Notes: a model not told the origin generated them from the sequence alone. A stretch of DNA of 63,802 bases, filler included, from Lenisia limosa (GCA_001655205.1; 16 parts of 16 records of this genome joined end to end with filler, not necessarily neighbours in it), one strand, 5' to 3'. Counted from the first letter of the whole stretch, positions 39,401 to 51,387 are shown. Translations and numbers: made by a program.

Positions 39401-40882
39401 AGGGATGCAGATAACAATCAACTTCCCCTTTAATGCAGTGGACAGTTGAGTATTGAAACACTTTTTCTCCCGTCTTACTGAAATAGGTACCAAGAATCCT
39501 CTTTCTCCTGACGTTGAACGACTGGTCATGGGCTTTAACAATGGTCCGGCATTCCGAGAGCTGTCGTGTCAAGTCTTCAAAGCTCATGCGAGAGACAATT
39601 GAAATCGGAAGGAGAAGTACAAATCAATTCATTTTTACTTGAAAACACAGGAATAAAAACATAATCATCAATAACTACTCAAGAAATGCAGCATTCAACA
39701 AGGTGTATCGCATATTTCTTGATAAGGAGATCAAGAACAGAATGGACGAGAAAAGAGGAAGTAAACTGGGAGCATGAAGACAAAACGACAGGCGAAACTG
39801 AAGGGATTTATTTATTATATTATGAATTTGATAAACCCAAGCTGGAAGAAGGCAGAGAGGCTTTGCACATTCACAACCCTAGCCAACGTTCCGAAGGTGT
39901 TCGGGTCCCTTTGGCCGCCTTGGAAGAAGACTCTTCTGTGAGAGCGTGTTGACATCCATTCTACTAAGTCATTTAAGCCGCTATTTCATGAAAAAGGAGC
40001 ATGCGATCATCGGGGGAATAGAAAAGTGGGAGCCGGCCCGGATGAATTTCCCGCCTTCCGTCGCCTTTTTCACACTATCACCATCAATCATCACAAGTTA
40101 AAACAACAATCTGTAAACAATAAATTGTTTTACAGATTCTTCTCCCAGTGTCAGTGTCCTATCTTGGTCCGCATCCCACCTTCTTTCCCTATCATCTGTT
40201 GCCACCTGTTGTGCAAGAAGAGAGAGAATACAACCTTTTAGACGAAGGGCCAAAGACAGTAACGATGGAGCATGACGGACCTCCGACAACAAGACCGTTT
40301 GAGGGCCCTTATCATGAATAGGTATAAAGCAACGTTAAGATGGGGGATCATGNNNNNNNNNNNNNNNNNNNNNNNNNNNNNNNNNNNNNNNNNNNNNNNN
40401 NNNNNNNNNNNNNNNNNNNNNNNNNNNNNNNNNNNNNNNNNNNNNNNNNTTTTCTGCGCAAGAAATCTTTATTTATTGAGTTGTTGGCAAATGATAGGGC
40501 GTCTTGAATCAATATCAGATCTATTACAAGCGTGATGGTGTGGATGGCCGGATCTCACTACTCATTTTCCATTCTTGTGATCCTCATATCACCACGCTAG
40601 GTTTGTGTACCGATGTGTGAACTATCTGCCAACCGGGGTGGCCTTCTACTCGAGTTGGGGGGGGGGGGCATTCTATTCGGGNNNNNNNNNNNNNNNNNNN
40701 NNNNNNNNNNNNNNNNNNNNNNNNNTTAATTAATTAANNNNNNNNNNNNNNNNNNNNNNNNNNNNNNNNNNNNNNNNNNNNCCCCCCCCCCCCTATACCC
40801 ATCTTACCCGTAGCATGCTCTTGGCCACTACCCATCTTACCCGTAGCATGTGCTCTTGGCCACTACCCATCTTACCCCGTAG

Positions 40883-43800
40883 CATGTGCTCTTGGCCACT
40901 ACCAAGAATCTACAGACAACACCGAATGCAAGAAGTGCCCAGCCGGGTCCTATTCCGATGCTCTCGGGTCTTCCTGTTGGGGGGGTAGAGATTTCATTTG
41001 GGTATGCTTCGATTCTGGTGTCACTCCATTCTTTGGTTTTGTCTATTTTTAGCGTTTGTTATTTTATTTGGAGTTTATGTTTTTTGGTTCGTGACTAGTA
41101 CCTCGCCAATATTCTTCATCGATTTACCCCCCCCCCCCCNNNNNNNNNNNNNNNNNNNNNNNNNNNNNNNNNNNNNNNNNNNNNNNNNNNNNNNNNNNNN
41201 NNNNNNNNNNNNNNNNNNNNNNNNNNNNNNNNNNNNNNNNNNNNNNNNNNNNNNNNNNNNNNNNNTATCTGTCAACCGGGCTATTATATGGTTCGAGGGA
41301 CATTATTTAATTTTTTGGCATGGCTTGGTATGGAACGTCTTGTAGTTTTTACCCCTAACGACCTAGGACTTGGAGGGACAGGAAGTGTGCAAACCTTGCC
41401 TCAAGGGCTCAGCTCAGGTTGGCCTTCTGCCTCAGCATGGAGGGAATATTGAATCGAATTTTAATCAACTTACTTAAGCTTTATTTTTTTTTGTTTCATA
41501 TATTTTCCAATTTACCGTATTCCGGAGTGATGGGATGCGGTGCTGNNNNNNNNNNNNNNNNNNNNNNNNNNNNNNNNNNNNNNNNNNNNNNNNNNNNNNN
41601 NNNNNNNNNNNNNNNNNNNNNNNNNNNNNNNNNNNNNNNNNNNNNATAAAGTTTCCAATTTTACTCGCCACCCCCAGGATCAACCCGGTCAGAGCACATG
41701 CCATCCTTGCAGCAAGGGAACAAGTGCCCCTAACGACTTGGCCAAAAACTGCACGGAATGTCTCCCTGGAACCTTCGCTGATATGCCGGGAATGGCTGAA
41801 TGTTTGGATGTGAGGGGGGAGGGGTGTCTGAATGTGCTGCCACAAAGGGGTTACTCTTCTTGTTACTATACGAATATCCAAATCTCTTATATGCGTGATG
41901 GTGTGGACTGCTTCGGTGGAGGAGGGTTGAGTGATATTACGCACGTTTTTTGAACAGGTGTCCTGATACTCTATATTATCGTACTTAATTGTTATTTCCT
42001 TCCCACCCCTGTTTAATTGTTATGTTTACACTCTAGTGCTCTGAAGGGTCATACAACAGCCTCTTCAAGCAGGAGAACTGCACTATGTGCGCTGCCGGAC
42101 ACGAGAACCCGAAGGTGAGCAGATGTGTACCTTCATGGTTTTCAACTAATTAACCCCATATTTATCGCGCGCGCGCGCGCGCGTGCGTGTGTGTGTATAT
42201 ACTGTATATACATACACACAGAGAGAAACAGAGACAGAGACACAGAGAGAGAGAGAAAGACAAACACATCTCTATACTGCCTTATTCATTTAATTATTTT
42301 GGCCCCTCATTGTGATCCATATATTGCCTATCAGGTCCTAATCAACCCCCTTCATGATCATCATTCAATCAATTCAATCATTAATTGTTTCTATTAAAAG
42401 TGAGACATATATTTTGAACTCAATTTCATACACTTTAATTTCAAATTTTGTCAATTTCTTCAAATAATTTATTGAACTAGTTTTTATTCACCTTGTTGAC
42501 CATGACTTCGTCATACTATTTGCGAATTGGCTTTTCCACATCCCCCCAATTGAAAAGCCAATCACTCATTCCCATAGAACAAATCGACGACAATAAACGA
42601 CTGCACAGTCTGCCAACCTGGATTTTACGCCTCTGAGGGCTCTCCCAATTGTCTCCCTTGCGAACCTGGCTTCTACAACANNNNNNNNNNNNNNNNNNNN
42701 NNNNNNNNNNNNNNNNNNNNNNNNNNNNNNNNNNNNNNNNNNNNNNNNNNNNNNNNNNNNNNNNNNNNNNNNNNNNNNNNNNNNNNNNNNNNNNNNNNNN
42801 NNNNNNNNNNNNNNNNNNNNNNNNNNNNNNNNNNNNNNNNNNNNNNNNNNNNNNNNNNNNNNNNNNNNNNNNNNNNNNNNNNNNNNNNNNNNNNNNNNNN
42901 NNNNNNNNNNNNNNNNNNNNNNNNNNNNNNNNNNAAGAAATATAACCCTTTCTTATGTCATCGCCTCCCCCTTTACCCCCAGGAGCAATGCAAGGCATGC
43001 CCAGCCCAGACCTTTAACAGTGAATCCGGCATGGCCTCTATAGAGAACTGCACCGTGTGCATCCCGGGTGGGAGGGGGGGACCTGTCTCCTTTGGGATTG
43101 ACACTATCATTAGATTGAGGATTAACAGACTAATGCTATTGAGGATTGACAGACTAATGCTATTGAGGATTGACAGACTAATGCTATTGAGGATTTTCAA
43201 AGGAAGGGGGTTGGTCATAGTGTAAACGATGACCTCCAGTTCCATGTCTGTTCCCCTCACCCCCCCAGGTACATATGGTCTCAAGGAGGGACAGAAGAGT
43301 TGCATCGACTGCAGCCTTGGTGGGTAAAATAAACCAAAATAACAAACCTAAATCAACCAACAATGTAATGTAGTAAGTAAAACTAAATAAACTAATAATG
43401 TAACTAATGCTAAATAAACCAATATTGTAACTCATGCTAAATAAACCAACAATAACACAAATAAGTTGCCTTCCCTTCATACCTTTTAATAAATTATCTT
43501 ACCAACAATACTCTGAGCAGTGTAGTGATTTACAACCTTCCATATTAGGAATGTACCAAACCAACCTTACCATGTTAGGAATGTACCAGAACATGCCAGG
43601 CCAGGCTGAGTGCCACTTCTGCCCTGAAGGTCGCTACGCCAACGCCACTGGTAGCGCCGAATGCGCCCCTTGTGAACCGGGTACCAGACTCCCAACCGGT
43701 GGGCTATTGCAATTACCATCCCATGGGCTTCCCTACGGTCCGAAAAAGACCGGTAAAATATATATTTCTTGAGGATTTCAGTCTTTTTTGGGACCGAAGG

Positions 43801-44004
43801 GAAGCCTTAATTATCACCTATCGTTTCGATGCCACTTAACAAATATGGGTTGTGATCAACACATTACTTACCATATACAGAAGGCGCACGGGACGTGTCA
43901 GCCTGTATGCCTTGTGACGCGGGCTGGACCAGTACCCTCGCCGCTGCGTCTTGCTCAAAATGCCCGATTGGTAGCTTCTCTAACGCTCCCGCTTCCGAGA
44001 GCTG
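40883..44004 (+). CDS. Partial Cys-rich surface protein with tandem ephrin-receptor-like (GCC2/GCC3-type) repeats
   Basis: Exons CALGHYQESTDNTECKKCPAGSYS, DQPGQSTCHPCSKGT...CTECLPGTFADMPGMAEC, CSEGSYNSLFKQENCTMCAAG, CKACPAQTFNSESG...CTVCIPG|TYGLKEGQKSCIDCSLG|MYQNMPGQAECHFCPEGRYANATGSAECAPCEPG and CMPCDAGWTS...CSKCPIGSFSNAPASESC follow the C-x2-C-x-x-G-x-Y/F pattern. Truncated by spacers at both ends. Confidence 0.88.
42166..42260. repeat. Compound microsatellite (CG)n-(GT)n-(GA)n in an intron
   Basis: Directly visible dinucleotide runs. Confidence 0.85.
43724..43809. mobile_element. MITE family A copy in an intron of the Cys-rich gene
   Basis: TGGGCTTCCCTACGGTCCGAAAAAGACC...TTTTTTGGGACCGAAGGGAAGCCTTA. 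Confidence 0.85.
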
Positions 44005-44114
44005 NNNNNNNNNNNNNNNNNNNNNNNNNNNNNNNNNNNNNNNNNNNNTTAATTAATTAANNNNNNNNNNNNNNNNNNNNNNNNNNNNNNNNNNNNNNNN
44101 NNNNCCCCCCCCAG

Positions 44115-44846
44115 AAGTGACTGGCCTTGGCTTTGTGTTTTTTGTTTGTTTTCAATGCTTGTGTGTTGTCAGCCAATAGAGTGGATTTTGGGCTTTCTTG
44201 TTTCAAAATTATCCAGTTTTACTCCCCAGCCAGTCCCCCCCGAGTGGCTTGAAGAAGGTGCGGAGCCAACTGAAGACAAAACGGAGCCACTTTTGGCCGA
44301 GATCGAAGCGCTCAAGCTCAGAGTTGGTTTTTTGGCGCGTTTTGGGTTTTTGTGGAATTGTATTATCGAAAAGTCGATCTAGTATTATGAATTGAAGCAA
44401 TCTCGAATTTTTTCTATTTTCTGGTTTTAGTTTTATCAAATATGTATTTTTCATGTTTATGGCCTACATTTCGGGCATACTTTCCCACTAATGTTAAGCT
44501 GTTTTTCCAGACTTGGCTGATTTCTCACGTTTAAGGCTGACTTAACATTGTAACTTTTAACTTATGACATAGGCTGAAGCTGCAGAAGCGAAGAATGAAG
44601 AGCTGCAGCAAACTATTGATGACTTACAGGTCGAGTTGGAGGAACAGGTTGGGATGAGAGGGGTGGTTAGGGATTCACTTCGGTTCGAAAAAAGACTGAA
44701 TTTCTCGATAAATCCTCGAAAACTATCGATACCGAAGTGAAACCCTTAAAAAGAAATACTATGAATTAACAGATATTAAAAAACGTTCTGACGATTTAGA
44801 ACTGGGTCAAAGAACTCGAGAAAGATATTGTCACAACCACCATTGG
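44115..44846 (+). CDS. Fragment of a coiled-coil protein, possibly following the end of an SH3 domain
   Basis: Exons ...PPEWLEEGAEPTEDKTEPLLAEIEALKLR|AEAAEAKNEELQQTIDDLQVELEEQ|NWVKELEKDIVTTT; GLVPPEWLEE loosely resembles the SH3 GxxPxxYV motif. Confidence 0.45.
44130..44233 (+). repeat. Repeat family B copy spanning essentially a whole predicted intron
   Basis: (G)CTTTGTGTTTTTTGTTTGTTTTCAATGCTTGTGTGTTGTCAGCCAATAGAGTGGATTTTGGGC...CCAGTTTTACTCCCCAG|CCAG|, followed by a clearly coding exon. Confidence 0.8.
44668..44748. mobile_element. MITE family A copy, internally deleted
   Basis: TAGGGATTCACTTCGGTTCGAAAAAAGACTGAATTTCTCGATAAATCCTCGAAAACTATCGAT-ACCGAAGTGAAACCCTTA. Confidence 0.85.
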
Positions 44847-45191
44847 TTGGGGGGGGGGGGGNNNNNNNNNNNNNNNNNNNNNNNNNNNNNNNNNNNNNNN
44901 NNNNNNNNNNNNNNNNNNNNNNNNNNNNNNNNNNNNNNNNNNNNNNNNNNNNNNNNNNNNNNNNNNNNNNNNNNNNNNNNNNNNNNNNNNNNNNNNNNNN
45001 NNNNNNNNNNNNNNNNNNNNNNGGGGGGGGTAAGAGGAAGGTATTTATTCTTCATCACTTTTCTTATAATGATATCACATTTGAAATAAAGCTCATATTT
45101 TCTGGTCCAAAAATCGACAACAAATTTGAACGAAAGGAGTGTTAATTTTGATATTGCTTATTGGTGAATCTCATCCTTATACGTGTAAGTA

Positions 45192-45273
45192 AAATGACTG
45201 GGATGAATCTTGACCGATTTGCTGTGTGATTGATTTATCAAGAAGGATAGGTCAAGACTTACCCCAGTCACTG
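45192..45273. mobile_element. MITE family C copy with TA on both flanks
   Basis: TA|AAATGACTGGGATGAATCTTGACC...GGTCAAGACTTACCCCAGTCACTG|TA. Confidence 0.75.
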
Positions 45274-48104
45274 TATGTTTAGTGTGTTGGGTGTTGGGTG
45301 TGGGTTCATTTGTGTCAATGGGTGCAATCAAATGACTGGGGGTATTACAATTTCACAATCATCAATATGCATTTGAATCAGCCTTATCAAAGATAAGAAT
45401 TTCCCAATAAACCCAAAGTAAATTGCAGATTGCTGCTGTATATATCACTCAAAAAGCAGACCAGATTCCTCACCCCGAATTAAGGCATTTTCGCCAAAAA
45501 AATGAAATGTATCCGACTTTTCCTGGTTTATTTTTATACCTGCAGAGAAGGCTCTTTAAGAAGCTCACCATTTTAGCTCGAAATTTGGGCACATCAGCAG
45601 GGCGAACGTCACATGTCAACCTGTGAGAATGGAAATAATATAGTAAACCATTAAGCCTAGCTTCTTTTGAAAGCAAGAAAATGAAGCAAATGGTTTGGTG
45701 ACTTTAAGCTTTTTAATAATAAACGTGATTTTGTGAACGGAGATCCTTGCGTGACTTAAATGCTAACCAACAGAGTTGATTCTGGGTTTTTTTGTCTCAA
45801 AATTTTTCCATTTTTACTCCTCCTGCCAACTATTCTTACATTAACTTTACGCCAAAATTCTTCATTGAAATGTCCTTCGTTTNNNNNNNNNNNNNNNNNN
45901 NNNNNNNNNNNNNNNNNNCCCAATAGTCCCAGTCCAATTCGAGTGGCAGAAGACTCAGGAGAAGCCCAAACCCTGGTACTTGAAAATGACTCACAAGGCA
46001 GGTTTGAAGGGAGTATTTGGTGTTTATGGGGGCAAGTGCAATCGAAACATATTGGGTGGAAATTTCCCGATGGAGGGGAGTGGTATTGCTGTCACAATTG
46101 TTTTTTGCTTTTAACTCCCTTGCCTACTGTTCATTAAATTTCCCTCATTTTTTTTATCGTCAAGCAAGAGTTTTTGTACCTCAAAGAGAGGTTGAAGTTG
46201 GTATTCTTTTGAGAATTCAAGAATTGTACGAAATTTTTTTCCAGATAAAATCAACCATAGTTGTTTGTTCGAAGCAATGGTTACATCCATTAAACCAGAT
46301 CCTAAAAAAATGTTCACACCGTCAAGAGGCTTCACTTCCGGTTCCAAAACCCCGATAGCTCTCAAATAAGGTGTAACANNNNNNNNNNNNNNNNNNNNNN
46401 NNNNNNNNNNNNNNNNNNNNNNNNNNNNNNNAAATACCAAACCTATTCTTAAACAGAAAAATAGTATAATTCGCTTCAATAAGGGGCACATAAACGCGCC
46501 CAGTAACATGAATGGGCCGGGCCCACTTTTGAATTTTGGTTTTTTTTTTTTAAAGAAATACAATACCTGAACGTCAACTCTTGGAATATAACTTTCTACA
46601 TTGTAACAAAACACTTTGACAAAACAAAATAACACAGACAATACAACTATTTAGACAAGACATAGCCACAAACAGCCAATTGGATTATCCATTTGCGTTT
46701 TTAGGGCTGTTTCTTTTTCTTGCTCGGGTTTCTTTTTGGTTCTTTAAGGTACATTACAACCAAAACGTACTTTTTTTATCAGGGACTGTTTTTGGCTCTT
46801 CTCGTCTTTTTAGAGATAAAAGTTTGAGAATGCAGAAGTCAATTTACGTTCTTTTTCCCCGGCAACCTCTTCTTTGAATTCCTCCAGGAGTCGTTTGTAC
46901 CATTCTTACTCTTTGGTCGGCTGAATTGATTTTCTTGGGCCAGTACCAGGACAAAAGGCCAGATTGTGGTCCTTTCCAATAAGAGGATTGGAGCTCCATG
47001 GTAATGTGTCAGGGTTATCATGGAAAATCTTGATTTCAGTCTCTGTAATTTCGTCGCGGATCATTGCTAGGTTCAACCAAGCATCTTTGGCAAGCTGAGG
47101 CTCTTATTCTCCTTCTTTGCACATTTGACTTTTTGAATTATGGCAGGCGTATTCTTATACATTGACTTTGCTTACCCCCCCCNNNNNNNNNNNNNNNNNN
47201 NNNNNNNNNNNNNNNNNNNNNNNNNNTTAATTAATTAANNNNNNNNNNNNNNNNNNNNNNNNNNNNNNNNNNNNNNNNNNNNGGCCTTTGTTTTCCAATG
47301 TATTATTGCAAGAAATCCAGGAGGGCTTTTGGAGCTTGTTTTTGGGAATTAAAGTTCTTTTCTTTTATTTGAAATTAATGAATAGCATGCATTATATGGT
47401 AAAAAGACAGGAAACAAATAGAACTGGAGTTGTTTTTGTTGTTGTTGTTTTTGAATAATTTGTACCTCTTATGCCGGAGAAATATAATGGAAGCTTGTAT
47501 CATATTTCTGTAATTGAAACGTACTACCTCACAATTATGCTATCACCACAGTGTTGACTATCATTAAAGTGGTTCATGCTTTGATCTTGGCAAATAAAGT
47601 GGAGCTGTATGTATAGTTTTCAATGACCAATAATTCCGCGGTAGTTTTTCATACAGTTCGTGAGTAGTTGACGGGATTACTGAAAGGGGTCAAACTCCTG
47701 TCAAAAAAAGAGTAACAAAAAGCGGAACCAAAAACATAATTGGAACAACCTCGGGAGTCGAGAAAATGGACGTTTTTATTTTTGCCAACTGAGGCTGTTT
47801 TTTTTAGTTTTTTTTTTTAGAAAAACTACCCTACAAAATTACCTCGAATTGTTTTTCAACACTGCACACATGGCTTCAAATTATTGTGCAATTGAAAACA
47901 GTGACTGAACCACCAATCTGTGGTGAACGACCAATATACCATAAAATTCAATCACCCCAAGTCAACAACTCAAAATGTAAATATAATAATCAAAATAATA
48001 ACAGCTAAGTGCTCTCTGTCGTGCTAACGTGACTGAGAGTGTCGCCAATTCGTGAAATATTTTCTCTGTAAGCACCCTAGGCAAGATTAGTCTCATACAA
48101 TACA

Positions 48105-48182
48105 CAGTGACAGGGATAAGTCTTGACCGATTTGCTATGATTTCCAAAGGAAAATCGGTCACAAGACTTATCCCTGTCACTG
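48105..48182. mobile_element. MITE family C, best copy, directly abutting a family D copy (48185-48245)
   Basis: Perfect 21-bp TIR CAGTGACAGGGATAAGTCTTG / CAAGACTTATCCCTGTCACTG, plus an inner ACCGATT/AATCGGT pair. Confidence 0.85.
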
Positions 48183-48947
48183 TCCCTGACACGATCAGCT
48201 TAGGATTTAGCTCAATATCAGTGTCAGGACGTATCGCAGTCAGTGAATAAAGCTCAATATAATGAGGGTGAAAGATAGAAAGGTAATGATAAACAAAAGT
48301 CCCAAATCTCAATACGTTGAAAACAGCCACAAAACAAACATGGGGTTGCGGCTGCTCATTATACAGTTCGGTTACTTCGGCGTGAGTGAGCTGAGACTTC
48401 CAAATACGGAACTAAGAAGGTTACAACCGGGTGACCTTCCAGACGACAATAGGGCTCCATGACATTAATTTGTTGAGGAAATAAATTGACAAAATTAGAA
48501 ATAGGGTGTCTGGAATAGGGTTCTCGTTAAAATCGACTTCAAATTTTGAATTATTTTCAATTAATTGCATGGATCCCTACAAATTATCAATAAAATAGGG
48601 ATTCCTTTTGCCCCGTATATTCCCAAATTCCCCGGTCTCACCTTATCGTTGGTTTCTTTAAAGCTGATTTGTGGAGGGAGTGGGGCATTCTGTGTGAATA
48701 GTTTTCTCTTCCCCCCCCCCCCCCCCNNNNNNNNNNNNNNNNNNNNNNNNNNNNNNNNNNNNNNNNNNNNNNNNNNNNNNNNNNNNNNNNNNNNNNNNNN
48801 NNNNNNNNNNNNNAGAGGAGTATGTTGTTGCTCAAATAGTTTCCGTATACCCCCCACAAGCATTCTCTTTTGGCCAGACTGCGCATCAAGACTGCTGTTT
48901 CTGTAGAACGTAGTTGACGTGTTGCCATAGCCTGGGAAGAAGACCGA

Positions 48948-49055
48948 CTGGGGGGGGGGGTGTAAAATTGGAAAATTCATGAAACAAAAAAGCCCAAAAT
49001 CAACTCTGTTGACTAACAACACACAAGGGTTCAAAACAACAAAACAAACAAAGAC
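48948..49055 (-). repeat. Repeat family B copy bounded by GT...AG (108 nt)
   Basis: The minus strand reads GTCTTTGTTTGTTTTGTTGTTTTGAACCCTTGTGTGTTGTTAGTCAACAGAGTTGATTTTGGGCTTTTTTGTTTCATGAATTTTCCAATTTTACACCCCCCCCCCCAG. Confidence 0.85.
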
Positions 49056-49568
49056 CAGGCCAGTCGCTTTTACAGTACTGCATCCCATCATGCATGAATT
49101 TTCTGAGAAGAAACTTGAATAATTTATGAAACAAAAAACCCAGAATCTTGGAGGACAGTGACTCACCATTATATCGTCTGTGAGACTCAGGCCAATGAAG
49201 GAAATAACCTTGATGAGTGAGTAGTTGGAAATAGTATACATTTTATATCATAATATATAATATACAATATGATATAGTATATATATATATTAGATATCTA
49301 TAGCTATATCATGTATGATATAGTATATACGTATGGGTATTTCTGACAGACATGGAATATAATCACCACCTTCTATATCGCCCCATCCCCTCACAAAAAA
49401 TAATAATATATATAGCTATATATATGTGATGGGTCAAAATGCGGATCAGTGGACAAAATGCGGATCAGNNNNNNNNNNNNNNNNNNNNNNNNNNNNNNNN
49501 NNNNNNNNNNNNTTAATTAATTAANNNNNNNNNNNNNNNNNNNNNNNNNNNNNNNNNNNNNNNNNNNN

Positions 49569-50349
49569 TGAGTGAACGCGTATTGTCAGTTCTCTCTTGC
49601 AGATATGTGAATGAGGTAGGAGTCTGTGGCAATACAGATTTTGGTTTGTTCATCTTATTCTTTTAGGTTGTTATCGGAGCACCCTTCGAGCTTACCGAAG
49701 ATTTCCTCAATCGCCTCAAAGTCAACGTATGTTCATTCCAAGCTTTTTGTTCGGGGTTTTTTTTAGATATGTTATGTTGTGGACTCTTAGGGACGGGGGT
49801 ACACAAAATTCTTCCACTTACTACTGAAATTCAGTATTTTTTGGACTGGAATGCCGAGTTTCACCCCCCCCCCCCCNNNNNNNNNNNNNNNNNNNNNNNN
49901 NNNNNNNNNNNNNNNNNNNNNNNNNNNNNNNNNNNNNNNNNNNNNNNNNNNNNNNNNNNNNNNNNNNNNNNNNNNNNNNNNNNNNNNNNNNNNNNNNTGC
50001 CCATGGAGACGATGAGATTCCCACCCTTCGTGACATTGACCCATACAAGGTGACTGAAGTCTTTTTGACAACTTTCTTTTATATTACCGTTTGTGACCCT
50101 CTTATTACACATCAGTACCCCAAAGAGAAAGATATGATGAGGATCTTCAAATCCTGCTCCGACATCACCACCACTGAAATCGTTAAGAGAATTCTCGAAC
50201 ACAGGTGAGCTTGGCCTTTGAATGGGATAATATCTTTACGGTATTGAATTGTAGTGGCATTTGTTTCAGACCACTCTGTTTCATTATGTAGGATGGAGTA
50301 CCTCAAGCGCAACGAGTCTCGCCCCGAAATGGCAGCCGGATATGTCTAA
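49569..50349 (+). CDS. PCYT2: Ethanolamine-phosphate cytidylyltransferase, C-terminal part
   Basis: SERVLSVLSCRYVNE|VVIGAPFELTEDFL...AHGDDEIPTLRDIDPYK|YPKEKDMMRIFKSCSDITTTEIVKRILEHR|MEYLKRNE...* aligns with PCYT2 [20 protein letters not shown]...DPY...LTTDLIVQRII. Confidence 0.92.
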
Positions 50350-50496
50350 ACCCCCATGTATTATTATTTATTTTTAAAGGTTACCAGACTCCCTGGATGT
50401 TTGGAAAACAAATCTATTGACATACAACCATAGAAATAAAATAAATGGAAAACAAGAAACTCATGATATCAGCCCGCACCGCACTTTACAACTGTC

Positions 50497-51387
50497 CTAC
50501 TTTTTACGATTTCTAAAAGAATAAGTTATGAAAGAGAAGGTCCGAACCCACTTTTTCATTGCGGTTTTACTTCTCTCTCTCCAGTTCTTCGTGAGAGCTT
50601 TTCGTCCACTGAGCCATTCCGACTCAATTTCCTCCCTGAAATGTCACAAGCCAGAAAAGCACCTTTATTCACATAATGAAAGGCAATTGATTCTGAGTAT
50701 GGACTTATCGGTACCCTCACCCCCCACTTGGATTGAGTGCACATAAAGGGCGAGGCAGTAGAAGCTGAAACAATGAAACGTGGAGAGATTGTTGATGGTT
50801 AAATCTGGTGCAATACCATTAGAAACCCGCAAGTGACATCTAAGTTCTCAGACGCCTACTTTTTAAACCGAGCACCGGCGCTACTTCCTCTTCTCCGCCG
50901 CCAAAATTACTGAAATATGAGGGGGGGGGGGGGATCAGATGGCAACAACATGTTTCAAATAGAGACACCAAGCCGAATAAATTCTACAACCCCGCGAACT
51001 TCCTAGAGTTTCCGAAGATCTTGGTGGTAGCAAGTGTGGCCTTGAGGGCAGTTTCTTTACTGTCCACTGCTGTTGACCAAACCTTGGGTGTCAATATTGC
51101 AATATAAAGCAAATGTTAGATCTGAACAAGCTCATAATGCATTGGAATAGAGAGGGGTGGAAGTTGTATTAGCTCACATCCATCACATCCTCAAGTGTAA
51201 AGTCTAACGCTATCGATAATTGAGCATTGCAAGTAGCCAGTGCTCACAATGTTGGACTTCTTAACTGAAACAGGACTGGCAGCGACTGGAGGGGCAGACT
51301 CCTGGACAGGGGTCTCCTTGGCTTGGTCCTTCTCCTTGTCCGCGACCGGGGGCTTGAAGTCGAAGATAAAGGATGGTTTGGCGGCTA
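50497..51387 (-). CDS. C-terminal part of a probable nucleolar protein (NOL8-like C-terminus)
   Basis: Exons KPSFIFDFKPPVADKEKD..., VWSTAVDSKETALKA... and SPFMCTQSK|EEIESEWLSGRKALTKNWRERSKTAMKK. The FM..s.eei..eW...r..l...w.....a.kk pattern recalls NOL8-family C-termini (from memory, not searched). Confidence 0.45.

Noticed and set aside
36500-40680. Probable intron-rich gene(s) on the minus strand
   Set aside because: Several exon-like segments are present, but I could not build a phase-consistent model or recognise a family.
45400-49468. Exon-like fragments on the minus strand of two contigs
   Set aside because: The reading frames were ambiguous and no motif was recognisable, so they are not reported as CDS.
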